This document shows, piece by piece, positions 39,901 to 51,917 of a stretch of DNA of 64,000 bases. Numbering within the stretch: position 1 is the first letter of the stretch; each line of letters begins with the position of its first letter. The notes beneath the pieces are model-generated. The model made no database searches and was not told the DNA's origin. It saw nothing but the letters and a program-made list of their open reading frames with translations. Source of the DNA: the human T2T-CHM13v2.0 reference genome, Homo sapiens; assembly GCF_009914755.1 (NCBI RefSeq), contig NC_060929.1; one strand, given 5' to 3'. The translations under genes were made by a program, and so were the position numbers.

Positions 39901-40250
39901 ACCCACCTCTCCCTGTATATGATAGGCATACTTTATACATAAGAAAGGTTTAGCTGTATTTTTAGTTTTTAAAAATCAGGGAATCTGTGTTACTTATGAA
40001 AATAATGGGAGAGGATATTATTTGTCTTGACGCTGGTGCCAAAATAAATATTTAGAAGTGTTTTAAAGTTATTAAAATTAAGCTGTAGGTTAGAAAAATT
40101 AAAATGAGGGGAACTGGGTGAATTTTGCAGCATGTATACCAGACCACGCAGCTGCACCTAGGGCACCACGTGAGTTGCCATCTCCACGCTGAACAATTAG
40201 GCCTAGCATCCCGGCTGGGGCCTTCGCTAGAGCGGCACATAACAGCTCCG

Positions 40251-40293
40251 TCAGGGAATAGTGACACTGTAAATGGAAGACCAGCCACTGGCT
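40251..40293 (-). CDS. SEPTIN8: SEPTIN8 alternative last exon (KASGWSSIYSVTIP*, 442 aa)
   Basis: tttatttttttcag|A GCC AGT GGC TGG...CCC TGA, in phase with the exon 9 donor; matches my recollection of a SEPT8 isoform end. Confidence 0.75.
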
Positions 40294-40557
40294 CTGAAAA
40301 AAATAAACCTCGTCAGTTTTGGATTCCAGCATTCATGGCTTTTACGTGTTTGCATAGAGAGGGGTGGCCCGCCAGGCCCGGGGCAGCCTGGGGCCAGGGT
40401 CGGTGGGAGGAAAGCAAGGCTGTAAACACTGGAGTCTGTACCGGCTCCCAGTCCGTCCTCACACCATGTTATGGGAGAAGGGTCACAAGGTGTAACTCAA
40501 GCAACTTAACACATGAAAGTCTAAAGTCCACTCTTGACATGTAAGTCTGTGCGTGCG

Positions 40558-40561
40558 TTAA
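40558..40561 (-). CDS. SEPTIN8: SEPTIN8 alternative last exon, coding part (AA+T=Asn, TAA; 429 aa ending KKN)
   Basis: Very long U-rich tract ...ttttatttttcag|T TAA, followed by 3' UTR-like sequence; resembles the KKN end of SEPT6-group paralogues. Confidence 0.75.
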
Positions 40562-42538
40562 CTGAAAAATAAAAATAAAACAAACAAAACAAAAACAGAC
40601 ACATTAAAAGATATGCAGACCAAATCAAACAGAAGCAAAAGACAGCAAGATGGACACCGTGAAAGGGCAGTCAGTTTGGCATTTGTGACGAGCAAAGCAG
40701 AGAATTCACCTCAGTTTGTGGTGTCCCAGGCTAAGGGTCAAGATCTGATTGGGAAGTAATTTTGCAAAAAATTTGGATTCAAATTTAAAGAGTATGCATA
40801 ACCAATCAAAACCACTCAAATAAATGGTCATGAAAAACACCCCTGCCCCCATTCCAAAAATGCACTCCCGACTCACACTAGTCCCTTGACCAGGGCGGCA
40901 GGAAGGAGTACTCCCAGTCAACCCACCTACCCCATTCCTGGCCTCCACAGAGCCGTCATGGGAAGAGCGTTTTCTCTCCCAGGGACCAAACTGACTGAAG
41001 CTTTCTAGCAGGTCCAGAGAACAGGAAAGACCTGTTTTCCAGGCCCAGGCCTGGAGAACGTATCATGGAGCCCAGGCCACATGGGAAAAGCAGGGAGACC
41101 AGACACCAGTGACAAGCCCCCACCCCGAGGGCTGTGCTGGTGTCCTTTCAGCCTGCCTGCACCCACCTTCACTGGCCCTCAGACCCTGAACTGGCCACAG
41201 ACCCCTGTCTGCAGTTGCTGAGTGGTTTCTCCACAGCTTATTTCCTAGGGAATCCTGGCTACCTTTTCTTTAACAAGATGGCAGGAAGCAGGGCAAAGTC
41301 ACTTTGGGTGCCAGTACCTGGGTCACAGACTCCCGCTGGCCCTAATGGCTAGGCTCCATTGCCACCAAGGAAGGAAGGGCCTGGGCATACACATCCCCAA
41401 ATATCCCAGGAGGAAATGGATCCCGAGAATGATGGCCAGGTTGGGTTCACCTGCTTAGTTCCTAGGTTGGCAAGAGAAGGATGGTACCCAAGATAGGCCG
41501 GGGCAGGGAGAAGCAGGGATGGATGGGATCCCCACAGTGTGACATAGCATGGCTGTGAATGAGGTGGGTGGGCGAGGGTGAGCCCCAGAAGCCAGGACAT
41601 CTGGACTCCAGCTAAGGGTGTGGAAACAGGCTATGAAGATCGCCAGGGAGAAGTGACTCATAGTTGTCCCCACCTGACTACTCCGTTGACTGCACTCCTG
41701 GTGCTGGGAAAGGCCTCCCTGCCATCCAGTCTTTCTCTCCTCTCTCCACTCTGCAGGAACAACTCCAGCCTCTACTTGAGGGGCAGCTCTTCTCCCCAAA
41801 AGAACCCACAGAGCCCCTGTGGGAAGCCGCTTTCCTCCCTTAAGCCCTGCGGGCCCTTCAGAACAGCTGTGTGGTGACCAGTCTCCAGGAGGCCAGTGTT
41901 GGCTGGCGCGAGTGCCCGCAGTTCTCCATCACCACCTGCCAGCCAATACGGGCTCCACACCACTGCCCCACAGACTGAGGAGGGATGCGCCACAGGTGTC
42001 CAAGCAGAAACCACCACGGCTTTTGGAATCTGGCTGGAGATGCTGACATTCCCAGGTCCTGTCCCGCCCCTGGCCTGAAAGACCATTCCCAGCATTCCCA
42101 GAGCCCTGCAGCTTCGCCCTCTCCACGCTGCTCCTCACCCGTGCAGCCCCACCTTCACCACGCTGCAACAGGGCCACAGCTGCCAAGGGGGCTATGGGAG
42201 AGCGAATGGGTGAGCAAGAAAGTTGGAGGAAGAGGAAGAAGGGGGAAGAGAAGGAGAGAAAAAGGGAGAAGGGAGAGGGAGGGGGAGCACAAGATTGCCT
42301 GTGCAAGTGAGACTGCATGAGTATCAGAGCAATCCAGACGGCGAGACACTGGATCACTAGTGAAAGAAAAAGGCAACCAAGAAAGCTGGGGGGAGAGCCA
42401 CTGAAGATGAGGGAAAACCAAACAGGAAAGGGGTAAGAGAGGGCGAGCAGGAGAGCGAGAAGGGAGGTGAGGGACAAGAACGAAAGCAAGAGCCCACAGG
42501 AGCAAGAGGAGCCAGCGCAGGCGCAGCCTGCCACCTAC

Positions 42539-42729
42539 TTCTTCTTGTCCTTGTCCTTCCTCAGGGGCTGCTGCGAGGTGGCGTGCAAGGCCTGCGACTG
42601 CAGGGCCTCCACCGCAGCCTTCCGGCGATTGAAGGCGTTGGTCTCCTCCTCCAGTTCCCGGCGCTTTTCCTCCACCTTGCGCTTCTCCTCCTGGTGGACC
42701 CGCTTCAGGTGCTCAAACTTCTCATGGAG
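42539..42729 (-). CDS. SEPTIN8: SEPTIN8 coding exon 9 (coiled coil; phase-2 donor shared by alternative tails)
   Basis: tgccag|CTC CAT GAG...AAG AAG AA|gtaggt; [18 protein letters not shown]...[11 protein letters not shown]; cumulative CDS 1286 nt. Confidence 0.95.
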
Positions 42730-42869
42730 CTGGCATCAGAAAGGGGGCAGAAGATGCGGGGAGCAAGAGGAGGGCTTGAGCCTGGGCCAGGAAGGCACCC
42801 CCACCTCTACCCTCAGCCAGGCCTTCCCTCCCTCAGCTTCCCCATCCCAGCCCCCAGCCTGGCACATAC

Positions 42870-43002
42870 CTCCCTTTCCTTCTCCTTCAGCTCCAGCTCT
42901 GTCTCCTTCACTTTGTTGACAAACATCTGCCTCATCTCTTCCTCCTTCCTCTGCAGCTCACTTAGGAACTCCTTCCTCTTGGCCTCGTATGTCTCTTGTA
43001 GG
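42870..43002 (-). CDS. SEPTIN8: SEPTIN8 coding exon 8 (coiled coil)
   Basis: ccacag|C CTA CAA...GAG|gtatgt; [45 protein letters not shown]. Confidence 0.95.
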
Positions 43003-43194
43003 CTGTGGAGACCCAGAGAAAAGAGGCCAAGGATGGGATTATGACGGAATGGGATAGGGCAGGGCAGAGCCAGAGAAGTAGAATCATGTGGGCACGAGGG
43101 GTAAGAGGATGTGGGGTCCCTCAGGGAACAGATGCCAGGGTGGTGTGTCTGGCCACAGCTGTGAAGACAGGCTCACTCTGGCTCAGGCTGTCAC

Positions 43195-43363
43195 CTGAAG
43201 GGCTGGCTGTCACCATCGCTGTCCTGAAAGCCCATCTCCTCCAACTTGCAGCGCCGGTAGAGCTCGTAGTGCCGGCTGTGGGTCTGCTCGCGGAGGTCTT
43301 CCATGTTCACCCGGATCAACATCTCCCGCAGCTTCACGAAGTCGCAGTGATTCTCATTCTCCA
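43195..43363 (-). CDS. SEPTIN8: SEPTIN8 coding exon 7 (septin unique element)
   Basis: ctttcag|TG GAG AAT...TTC AG|gtgaca; [46 protein letters not shown]. Confidence 0.96.
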
Positions 43364-43536
43364 CTGAAAGCAGAGGGCCGGTGGGGTATCAGGCAGGCAT
43401 GCAGGCGGGCACACTCCAGAGTCAGGGTAGGCACGCAGGTGGGCATGAGGAGGAAACAGCACAGGGTACTACAGGCAGCAGGGCAGGCCAGGGAACTCAG
43501 TTCTACCCCCAGGATGCATTTCCTGTCCACACTCAC

Positions 43537-43633
43537 CCTGCACCACTCCCCAGGGGTACTGCCGTGCTCGGACCAGCTTGTTCCCCACCTTCACCTCCTC
43601 GGTGCTGCCCACCACGGCAAAGGGCAGATGTGC
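43537..43633 (-). CDS. SEPTIN8: SEPTIN8 coding exon 6
   Basis: tttccag|GCA...CAG G|gtgagt; [32 protein letters not shown] (PFAVVGS and RxYPWG septin motifs). Confidence 0.96.
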
Positions 43634-44220
43634 CTGGAAAGGGGCCCGGGTATGCGTAAGCCCTGAGCTGACACAGACTAATGGCAGACTCTCCCTCCCT
43701 GCCCCTGGGTCCTAGGGAGGGGCAGCCAGACCTGAACAAAGGCTCCAGGGCCAGATGCTTACTTCCTGGCTCTCTTCTGGAGAAATGTCCCAGAACTCCA
43801 AACAGGGGAGTGGGCTGAACCCTCAACCCCCTCCCTGGTGCTCCTGATTCTCCAGGCTGTTCTTTCAGCACTCGGGCCTCCCAGGGGCCATTAGAGCTTC
43901 CTGAAAGGACCTGTGAGCCTGGCTCCCTTCCAGGTTCCCAAACCCTTAAGCCTGCTCAACTGCTTCCATTTCCAGGCTCCTCCATGAGTCCAGATCTTAT
44001 GACACCCAAACCTGGGGTCCCCAGTGTAGGCCCACTATCAGATTCTTCCTGTCCCCTGCCCACAGATGTAGGACTGGCCAGCTCCAGATGCCCACCCTTC
44101 TGTCCTGGAGAAGCTAAGGCTGGAATCCTGGGGAACAAGAGTCTCCTGGGGCTGTGTCAGATCTGTGCCGGCTCCTCGCCCTCTGGCCCCAGGGCCCTGA
44201 GGCCCTCACCCAACGCTCAC

Positions 44221-44382
44221 ATTCATGACTGCGTTAATCTCTGCAACAGCCTCATCATCCGTGGGGAACTGGTAGATCTGGACCCCGTTGCTGACCAACT
44301 CGCCCATGATCTTGATCTTGAACTTGTGGAGCTCGCTCTTGGAGATGGTGTCAGCCTTGGCGATGATGGGAATAATGTTCAC
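44221..44382 (-). CDS. SEPTIN8: SEPTIN8 coding exon 5 (G4 AKAD)
   Basis: ctggcag|GTG AAC...ATG AAT|gtgagc; 162 nt; [54 protein letters not shown]. Confidence 0.96.
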
Positions 44383-45442
44383 CTGCCAGGATCAGGGGAG
44401 GGGACAGCAGGCTGGTTGGCTCTTTTGAGCGGTGGTTCCCATGCCATGCCCAGGATATGGATAGACATGCCCAGGCCATATCCCTGGGCAGGGGGAAGGA
44501 GGCCAGAGAGATGGAGCCACTCCCACGGGCAGCCATAGTGCAAACCCAGCCACCTGTGGCCATTCTGATGAGTTTCAACAATTGGCTGCAGTGCTTCTTA
44601 CAGCCCTGGTTCCCCCAAATCACCATCCAGCCCCAAAACTGGTCCCCCTAGGCATACCCAGCTTTGACCCAGAATCCTTTGAAGGTCCTAATTGGCCTGG
44701 GGCCTAACAGAAGGAGTGGTGGGGGGGCTATGCTCCCCACTAAGCAGGTAAAAGGACCCATCAGCAGTAGCCATAAGAAGATCCCAAAATCTCCCAGGCC
44801 CAGGCTATCCCGTTTTTTACAATAAAAATGAACTCCTGAGATGGGAGGGCAGTCACGTGAGAGCTGACAAGGGATGTGGGGTCACATGCCCTTCAAGATG
44901 CACAGCACTTCCAGTCCTTCCCATGAAGCTGCCTCCCTTCTCTACCCCTACAGTACCCACCCCTCATTCACATCCCATTTCTGGGCCTTAACTCTCCTCT
45001 CCCTGATGGGCTCAGAAGGAACCAAAGGACATTTATGTCAGGGAGGAAGGGGGAAGTGAAAGGAGGAGCTAGAAATTAGGAATTGAGAGATAGAAAATGA
45101 GCAGAGAAGAGGCTGAGATGGGAAGGGAGGTTCCCTGGAGCGAAGGGGAACAAACACTATCGGGAGCGGGAGGGGCTGACAATGAGAATGATTCAGCTGC
45201 AAGCAAGGGGCTCAGGGTCAGACCCAGGGCACAGGACTCTGGAGAATGAGCCCAGAGCATTGGGGGCCACTGGAGCAGGAGGAACAGACGCAAGACAGAG
45301 AGAGGACCGAGCCAATGGGGGGCCACCCACAAGCCCCCGACCAGGTCCCTGAGGACCATGGTGTTCAGGCATGAGGCAGCCACCACATCGCATCGCAGCA
45401 GAAGACTATGGAGCCTGTGACAGCAGGTGGGGACAGGGATAC

Positions 45443-45629
45443 CTTGCTGTCTAGTTTCTTCATGGTCACTAGATCTAGAGACTTCAGGGAGTGCCCTGTG
45501 GGCGTGATGAAGTAGAGGCAAACGTGGATCCTTGTGTCATGGTAGTCGAAGAGCGAGCGGCGGATCTTCAGCTCCTCCTGCAGATAATTTTCAAACTGCG
45601 CATCGATGTAGTCAACTATGGGCCTGTAA
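45443..45629 (-). CDS. SEPTIN8: SEPTIN8 coding exon 4
   Basis: tctgtag|T TAC AGG...AAG|gtatcc; [25 protein letters not shown]...[11 protein letters not shown]...KKLDSK. Confidence 0.95.
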
Positions 45630-45960
45630 CTACAGACAGCTCCATCACCCAGGAGGCTGCCAGCTGAGATCAGGGGCTTGGGGCTTGGGGGGCTCAGGGC
45701 TCGGGGCCAAGCCAGGCTGCCCCCTGGCCTTTTCTTTCTGGGAACAGCTTCTGCCTGAGATCCCTGACTGGATACAGGCAGCTGACCCCTTCTCCAGACA
45801 CCTAAAGGAGTAACTGGTCTGTTGGTGACCACAGAGCCTCAGATATTCCCCAAGAGGCCCTCCCTGGCCCCCTGCAGTGTGAGGGCTGGGCTACTGTTAT
45901 AGGGGCCAATGTAGGTGGGGTGGGAGGAGGCTGGGTGGGGCCGCCCTTCCCGCCTCTTGC

Positions 45961-46156
45961 CTCTCATCCTTATTGATCTGATCCCCAAAGCCCACGGCAT
46001 CCACAATGGTCAGCTTGAGCTGCACGTTGCTCTCCTGGAGGTCATAGGTCTGGGGCCGCAGGCGCACGCATGCCTCATGGTGACTGGCTTCCTCAGTCTC
46101 GAAGGTCGTGTTGAAGAGTGTGTTCATCAGTGTGGATTTGCCAATGCCGGTCTCCC
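45961..46156 (-). CDS. SEPTIN8: SEPTIN8 coding exon 3 (G1 [10 protein letters not shown]3 DAVG); ends at a GC donor
   Basis: gcccag|GG GAG ACC GGC ATT GGC AAA TCC...GAT GAG AG|gcaaga; 196 nt; phase fits exon 4. Confidence 0.93.
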
Positions 46157-47145
46157 CTGGGCAGTGAGGACAGGAGGGGAAGAAGTGGGTGTCATAGGCT
46201 GGAAATGGGCTGTCCTTGACTGGTGGCTAGGCCAGGCAGGGCTCAGGCATCCATGGCCCCTGGATAAGAGAAAGGGGCAGGCCGCCCACCCCATCCCTCA
46301 TCACCCCCATTCCCCAGGAACTATCTTTTCCTGTGGCCTCAGAAATAACCTGTGGAAGGAAGAGCCAAAAGGTGAACTTGGACAGAAGACATAGCTGTGT
46401 GTGATATGTGATGTATTTCCTCAGGGAGCAGGGAAGAGACAGAGCCAGGCAGCTGTGTAGACACCACTGCAGACCCAATCACCTCACACATAACCTGCTC
46501 TACACAACACCCCTCCTGGGACCAGGGTGGTCATGGGACCAAGAGGGCCAGGGTCTAAAGCCACCAGTGGCTCAACCCATGCGCCCCGGACAGCCCTAGC
46601 TCCACATGGCTTTAGCTGGGGGAACTCAGGATGGGCTGCTTCCCGAAGGACACCTGCAGAGGGACCAGAAGAGCACTTTGTGTCCTTCTGGGAGTCCCAG
46701 GGAACCTCCGAGAGCCTCTCTGCTTGGGGCTGTTATTTGTTCACATGCGTGCTGGAGCACTTACCATAGGATATGGTGATGAGGGGCAGAGCTGTTTACC
46801 ATAACGTCCTTGACACAGGGTGGGAAGCAGTAAATGAGTACATGTTTTTTAAATGAACAAACAAATGAATAAATGAACCTAAATCTCTGTGATAAACACC
46901 CACAGTTTACAAAGCACTTTCATGTGCCCGATCCAGTTTACTCTTCATGACAATGCTGTGTCAGGCCCTGGCTCTAACTCTATCCTTGACTCTGGCAGAG
47001 ACACCAACCAAATCCTCGTCCTGACACCCCCAAAGTTTCACTCTGCCTGGGAAGCCCCCTTGCAGCTCAACAGGGGGCCAGAAGCACCCCCTCTCCCAGG
47101 AGGTTCTCACCCACCCTCTGTCTGAGGCCAGGCCCTGACACTCAC

Positions 47146-47266
47146 CCACACAGAGGATGTTGAAGCTGAAGCCCTGAGTGACCGACTTGCTGACCAGCTG
47201 GTCGGGGAGGCTGTCGAAACCCACATGGCCGCCCAGGGAGAGGCTCCGGGGCTCTGGCTCTGCATT
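47146..47266 (-). CDS. SEPTIN8: SEPTIN8 coding exon 2
   Basis: ttggcag|AAT...GTG G|gtgagt; [40 protein letters not shown] (SEPT6-group signature). Confidence 0.96.
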
Positions 47267-49679
47267 CTGCCAAGAGAGAAATAAAGCAAGACATGAGCCC
47301 ACTGGGGAAGAAAGGTCAAGCTGCGGGGTGGGCGCTAAATCTGAGTTAAAACAGTGAAGCAGCCCCACCCGATGTCTGAATTCTCAACAAATCTCAGACA
47401 CACCCTGAGTACACCCGAGCACCAACTCCAGGCCAAGTTTCCCCAGAGGGAGCCCGATGCCCCCAGGGGGAAAGGCCCTTCCACTCTGTAGCTTTGCTCC
47501 ACCTGGGATGGCCAGGGATGCCTGGGCTGAGGGCTCCATGTCTCCTGGCATAGGTGGCCCCAGGGGCTGTGGTTGCTACCCATAAGGGCCCACCTGTTTT
47601 CCTACTCAGGAGGAGGCCCCAGATGGTCCCAGAGGACCAGATTGGAAAGTGTGTCTGTTCCTGCAGCCAGCTCTAGGAGACGGGGGATGCTGCCCCTGCC
47701 TAGTCCTCCCAGGCCCTCCCACTGATGCAGGACTCAAGTAGGGCCACGTCTGGTCCAAACCCCTCACAAGCATGCTCCCTCAGAGGAGCCTTCTCTATCA
47801 GCTGGGCTCGTAGCCCTCCATGTTCACCCCTGCTCCTCACACACCCACGTGTGGGACTCATGCATGGACCCTGCTAAAGGAGCCGGCCCTCACTCACACA
47901 ACCCCCCCGTGGGGCTCAGGGGTGGGTTTCAAAGGGACTGAGACTCTGAGGCCTCCTCCCTTCTGCCTCAGTGGTATTCTCTAGAGACCCCCAGCTCCTG
48001 GCTCCTGACTCCTGCCACCCTTCCACCCCCATCTCAGCCCTGGTTGTCTAGACAGAAGGTTCCGGGTAAGAATGTGGAGGCCTGGCCTTAGCAGAGGGCT
48101 GAGCGGCAGGCCCCGAGTGAGCTGGGGCCACTGGAGGTGGCCCACCGCTCTATAAAAAGAAACCACGAGGACCCAAAGCAGAGGGTCATGGTCACACTCC
48201 AACTTGTGTGGCTGGTTTCTCTGACTCCCTGGAATGGGGTAAAATGCTGCCCGAGGGAAGGTTCCCAGGTTCAGCCCCTCTGGAGGGCAGACCTTAGGCA
48301 GCTCCATGTTGTGCAGAGTCATGCCTCCTCCATTCCTGAGCCCCACTGCCCTGAGACAGCTAGAAAGAGGAAGGAGAGGAAGGGGCAGCGGATTCAGAGT
48401 CTCTCCTGCCCATAGCCGCAGGGTGGTGAAGCAGGTCCAGCTAAGGACAGCCCAGGAGATAGGGCCAGTGGCAGCCCTTGTGCAGATGTGGATACAGGCT
48501 CGGGGTCAGGAACCGACAGGGGGCCCTGACTCCTGCCCCACAGAAGCATCTCCTCAGCACCTGAGCAGCTGACCTGTGCCACAGCCCACTGCCTTGGCCT
48601 GAACCCCTCTGGCCATCCTTCCCTCCCAACCAGAGAACCTTGGCACTCAAACCCAACCTTCTGCACAACTGATGTCTACCTCCCCACAGCAGCCTTGCAT
48701 CAACGACTCCCAAGTGTGGGTGCTGGCAACCTAGACCCCACATGGCCCCTCTGGGCAGTTGTACCATCCCCTCAAACAAGTCAGGGCTACCCCTAAACCT
48801 GCTTTCTCCCATGACTCTCTCTCAACGGAGCCTCTTTTCTTATAGCTGACCCTTTCTCCCCATCACCTAGCCCCAAAGCATCATGTCCCAATCTCCCCAC
48901 TCAAGCCCAGATCTCCTTAGGGCTGCAAACATAATTGGACAAGGAGGTCCCAAAGGCAGTTTCCTCTCATTGGTGCCCACATAAAAGTAGTTAATGAAGC
49001 CTAGGAGGTGCTGGGTCAGGTCCAAAGCCCTTAGCATGGTGTTCCAGGCCTTCCTCACTGGCCTGGTTCCAGCCCAGCTGGTAACTCTGAGCTCTCTTTT
49101 CAAACTCTGCCCCTCCCCTCGGCTCTACAGCTACTCTACTTTTCCCTTGGCACCCACTCTCACCTGGCCCCCAAGCACTTACGTTCCAGACCCCTCACTT
49201 GGCAGTTATCCTGTTTCCTAGTACTACTGGTTATCCTTTTTTAATGCATCTTGATTCTCCACCTATTCTATAAGCTTCTAGATGTCGGCTGCAGGTTGGG
49301 GAGGTCAGGTTTTCTGTTCTTCCTTCCCTCCCATTACTATGCCCAACATGCTGGACAATGCTACCATTTATAAGTTACTGAACACAGCCTCCAACTGCTA
49401 CGGCATCAGAGCACCTGCCCACCTTACACAGGGCTTCATTATTTAGTCTCTGTTCCACCTCCTTGTGTCGGCTTGAGGATCAAATGGAGGACACAGTCGG
49501 TCTAGAGCTTTTTTCTTTTCAGGCAAGACTGAAAATCTCCAAAATTTAAGGCGTGCTGTGCTTGCAGAGAAGGCTATGTGTTTATTCATCCTCTTCTTCC
49601 AAGGGGTGACACAATCAGGATGCAATCCAACATCCTGTAGTCTGCCGCCAAACCCCACCAAGTCAGCTGTGTCTGGAAA

Positions 49680-49680
<1 letters not shown>

Positions 49681-49730
<50 letters not shown>
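49681..49730 (+). repeat. Perfect (CA)25 microsatellite in SEPTIN8 intron 1
   Basis: Direct count. Confidence 0.97.
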
Positions 49731-49734
<4 letters not shown>

Positions 49735-51718
49735 GCCGCAGAGCACTTACTGAGAAGCAGAGGCCATTCCATTCCTGTTTTCCCCCACTTTCTTACAGTT
49801 CTAGGCCCCAGAGGCTAAGTGTAGCACTGGGGGTTCTTGGGGTGGGTCTCACATAAACCACCTATCCACACACAGCAACTGCAGAGTGGCCTCCTCTCAC
49901 ACAGCTTGGCTCTCTCTGTGGAAGTGTGGGGTACAGGGAGGTCATCATCCCTAAGTTGTTACCCAGGCTACACTCTGTTATCGCAGGGGCCACACATCTG
50001 GGGCAATACCTGTTTAGGAGCCCCGGGGACCAGTCAGGGGTATGAGTCTATGGAGCATGCATGCACACACACACGTACACACACAGAATGGCCACTGGCC
50101 CTGATGGAGGCAGTGTTGTTACCTGGTCCCAGGAGACTGATCTGACCTCCAGGCTTTACCGAGGGGTAACTCTCACTAATGCCAACTCCCTGATCATAGA
50201 TTTGGCATCGACATGTGATCTAAGTTGCATTGCTCACTCCAGGGTGCCTGCTCCAGGCATCTCTACCAACCTGAGTGGGGTTACAACCTAGGAGGAACCA
50301 GCAGCCCCTGAAGGACCTCCTGCACATCTCAGCTACCATGACTCAGAAATAAAGTCAGGTGACCCAGTGGCTACCAGCCCTGCAATTTGGTGGGTGAGAC
50401 CACAGCTCCAACTCCCAGGGTGGGAGCCCATCAGCGTGATGCCATGATCGGTGCAAGTACAGGCAAGTGACGCAGGTTGAGCCTTTATGACCATCTTGAG
50501 ACCATTAGGGGAGCTAGCCTAAGGCTGCAGTCTACTCACAGGATGGCAGAGCCAAGAAAATCACAGAGAAAAGAGGGAGCCAGAGTCTGCCCTATCTCTG
50601 GGCTTTTCCCCTTCCCCCTGGCCATATCCTCTTTATTGCTGAGGCTAGTTGAGTGGTATTATCTATTACTTGCAACTGAAACATCTTCGGTGCCATAGGA
50701 TCCAAAGTAAAACTCTTTGGATGCAGAGGAACAGGGAGAAAGCGAGGAGAGCCAGGAAAGGAGGGACAGTGTGGAAGGTAAAACATCTCAGTATTCACAA
50801 CCAAAGGAAGGAAGGGACGTCTGGGATGATACCAACACCTCACTGAGGACCACCATGTGTGAACTAAGCCAAGTGATTTACACCCAGGCTCTCACTTGGT
50901 CCTTCCTCACTGTGGATGACAGACTCCATGATTATCCCCATTTTACAGGGGAGGAAACTGAAGCACACAGAAGCTAGGGAACTAACCAGGGCAGAGCAGG
51001 GACCTGAGAACAGACCAAGCTCTTGTCCCAAACCACTCTGCTACATTGCCTCCCCTGTTCTTAGCAGGCTTCCAACTCATTCATTCAGTCACTCAACACA
51101 CACGCACTGGACATGTCTGCTGTGTGCCAGGAACTGAGATGGCTGCCAGTGAAAAGATGAGGACATCAGATCCTTGACCTCAGAGGGCTAAGCCTAAACT
51201 CAAATGCCTTTAGAAGCCAGGCAGGTAACATATATAGGTGAAGGGGAGCAGCACCTTAATAACAATGGCAACAACAACAGACATAACTAACATGTATTGC
51301 ATGCTTGCTTTGCGCAACCCTAATTTAATCTAATTTAGTCCACACATCAGCCCTATGACATAGGCCGTAGCAGCCTCCCCATTGTCTAGATGAGACAATA
51401 GAGGCATCAAGAGAGTGTGTAATTTGCCCAAGACCACACTGCTCAGGAGAGCAAAGCCAGGATCTGAATGGAGACAACATGACTGTGAAACCCACACTTC
51501 TAGTCACATCACTCCCCGCCTGCTGGATGAAAGACAGCCACTAACTTGGCCAAGCGTGGGGGTTCCCGGGGAGAGGTGGGAATGGCAGAGAACTGGAGAG
51601 CCTGTGCTTATGCTCAATCCATGGTGGCCACAGTTCCACAACGCCAGCCAACTGTGGGAACACAGATCTAGTGTTGCCAAATCTTCCCGTTTTTAAAGAG
51701 AACCCAAAAATCTCTCTC

Positions 51719-51817
<99 letters not shown>

Positions 51818-51886
51818 GTATATATGTATATATATATGTATATATGTATATATATATATATATGTATATATGTGTATGTGTGTGTA

Positions 51887-51917
<31 letters not shown>

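Noticed and set aside
41929-42534. 201-aa Leu/Ser/Phe-rich minus ORF resembling a membrane protein after SEPTIN8 exon 9
   Set aside because: It is a translation of the polypyrimidine tract, begins at the GTG of a splice-donor-like site and lies behind the read-through TAG.
42467-44538. Plus-strand ORFs of 120-184 aa opposite SEPTIN8 exons
   Set aside because: Antisense shadows of coding exons with no splice or homology support, unlike the CCNI2 exon 5 overlap where both frames splice into recognisable proteins.
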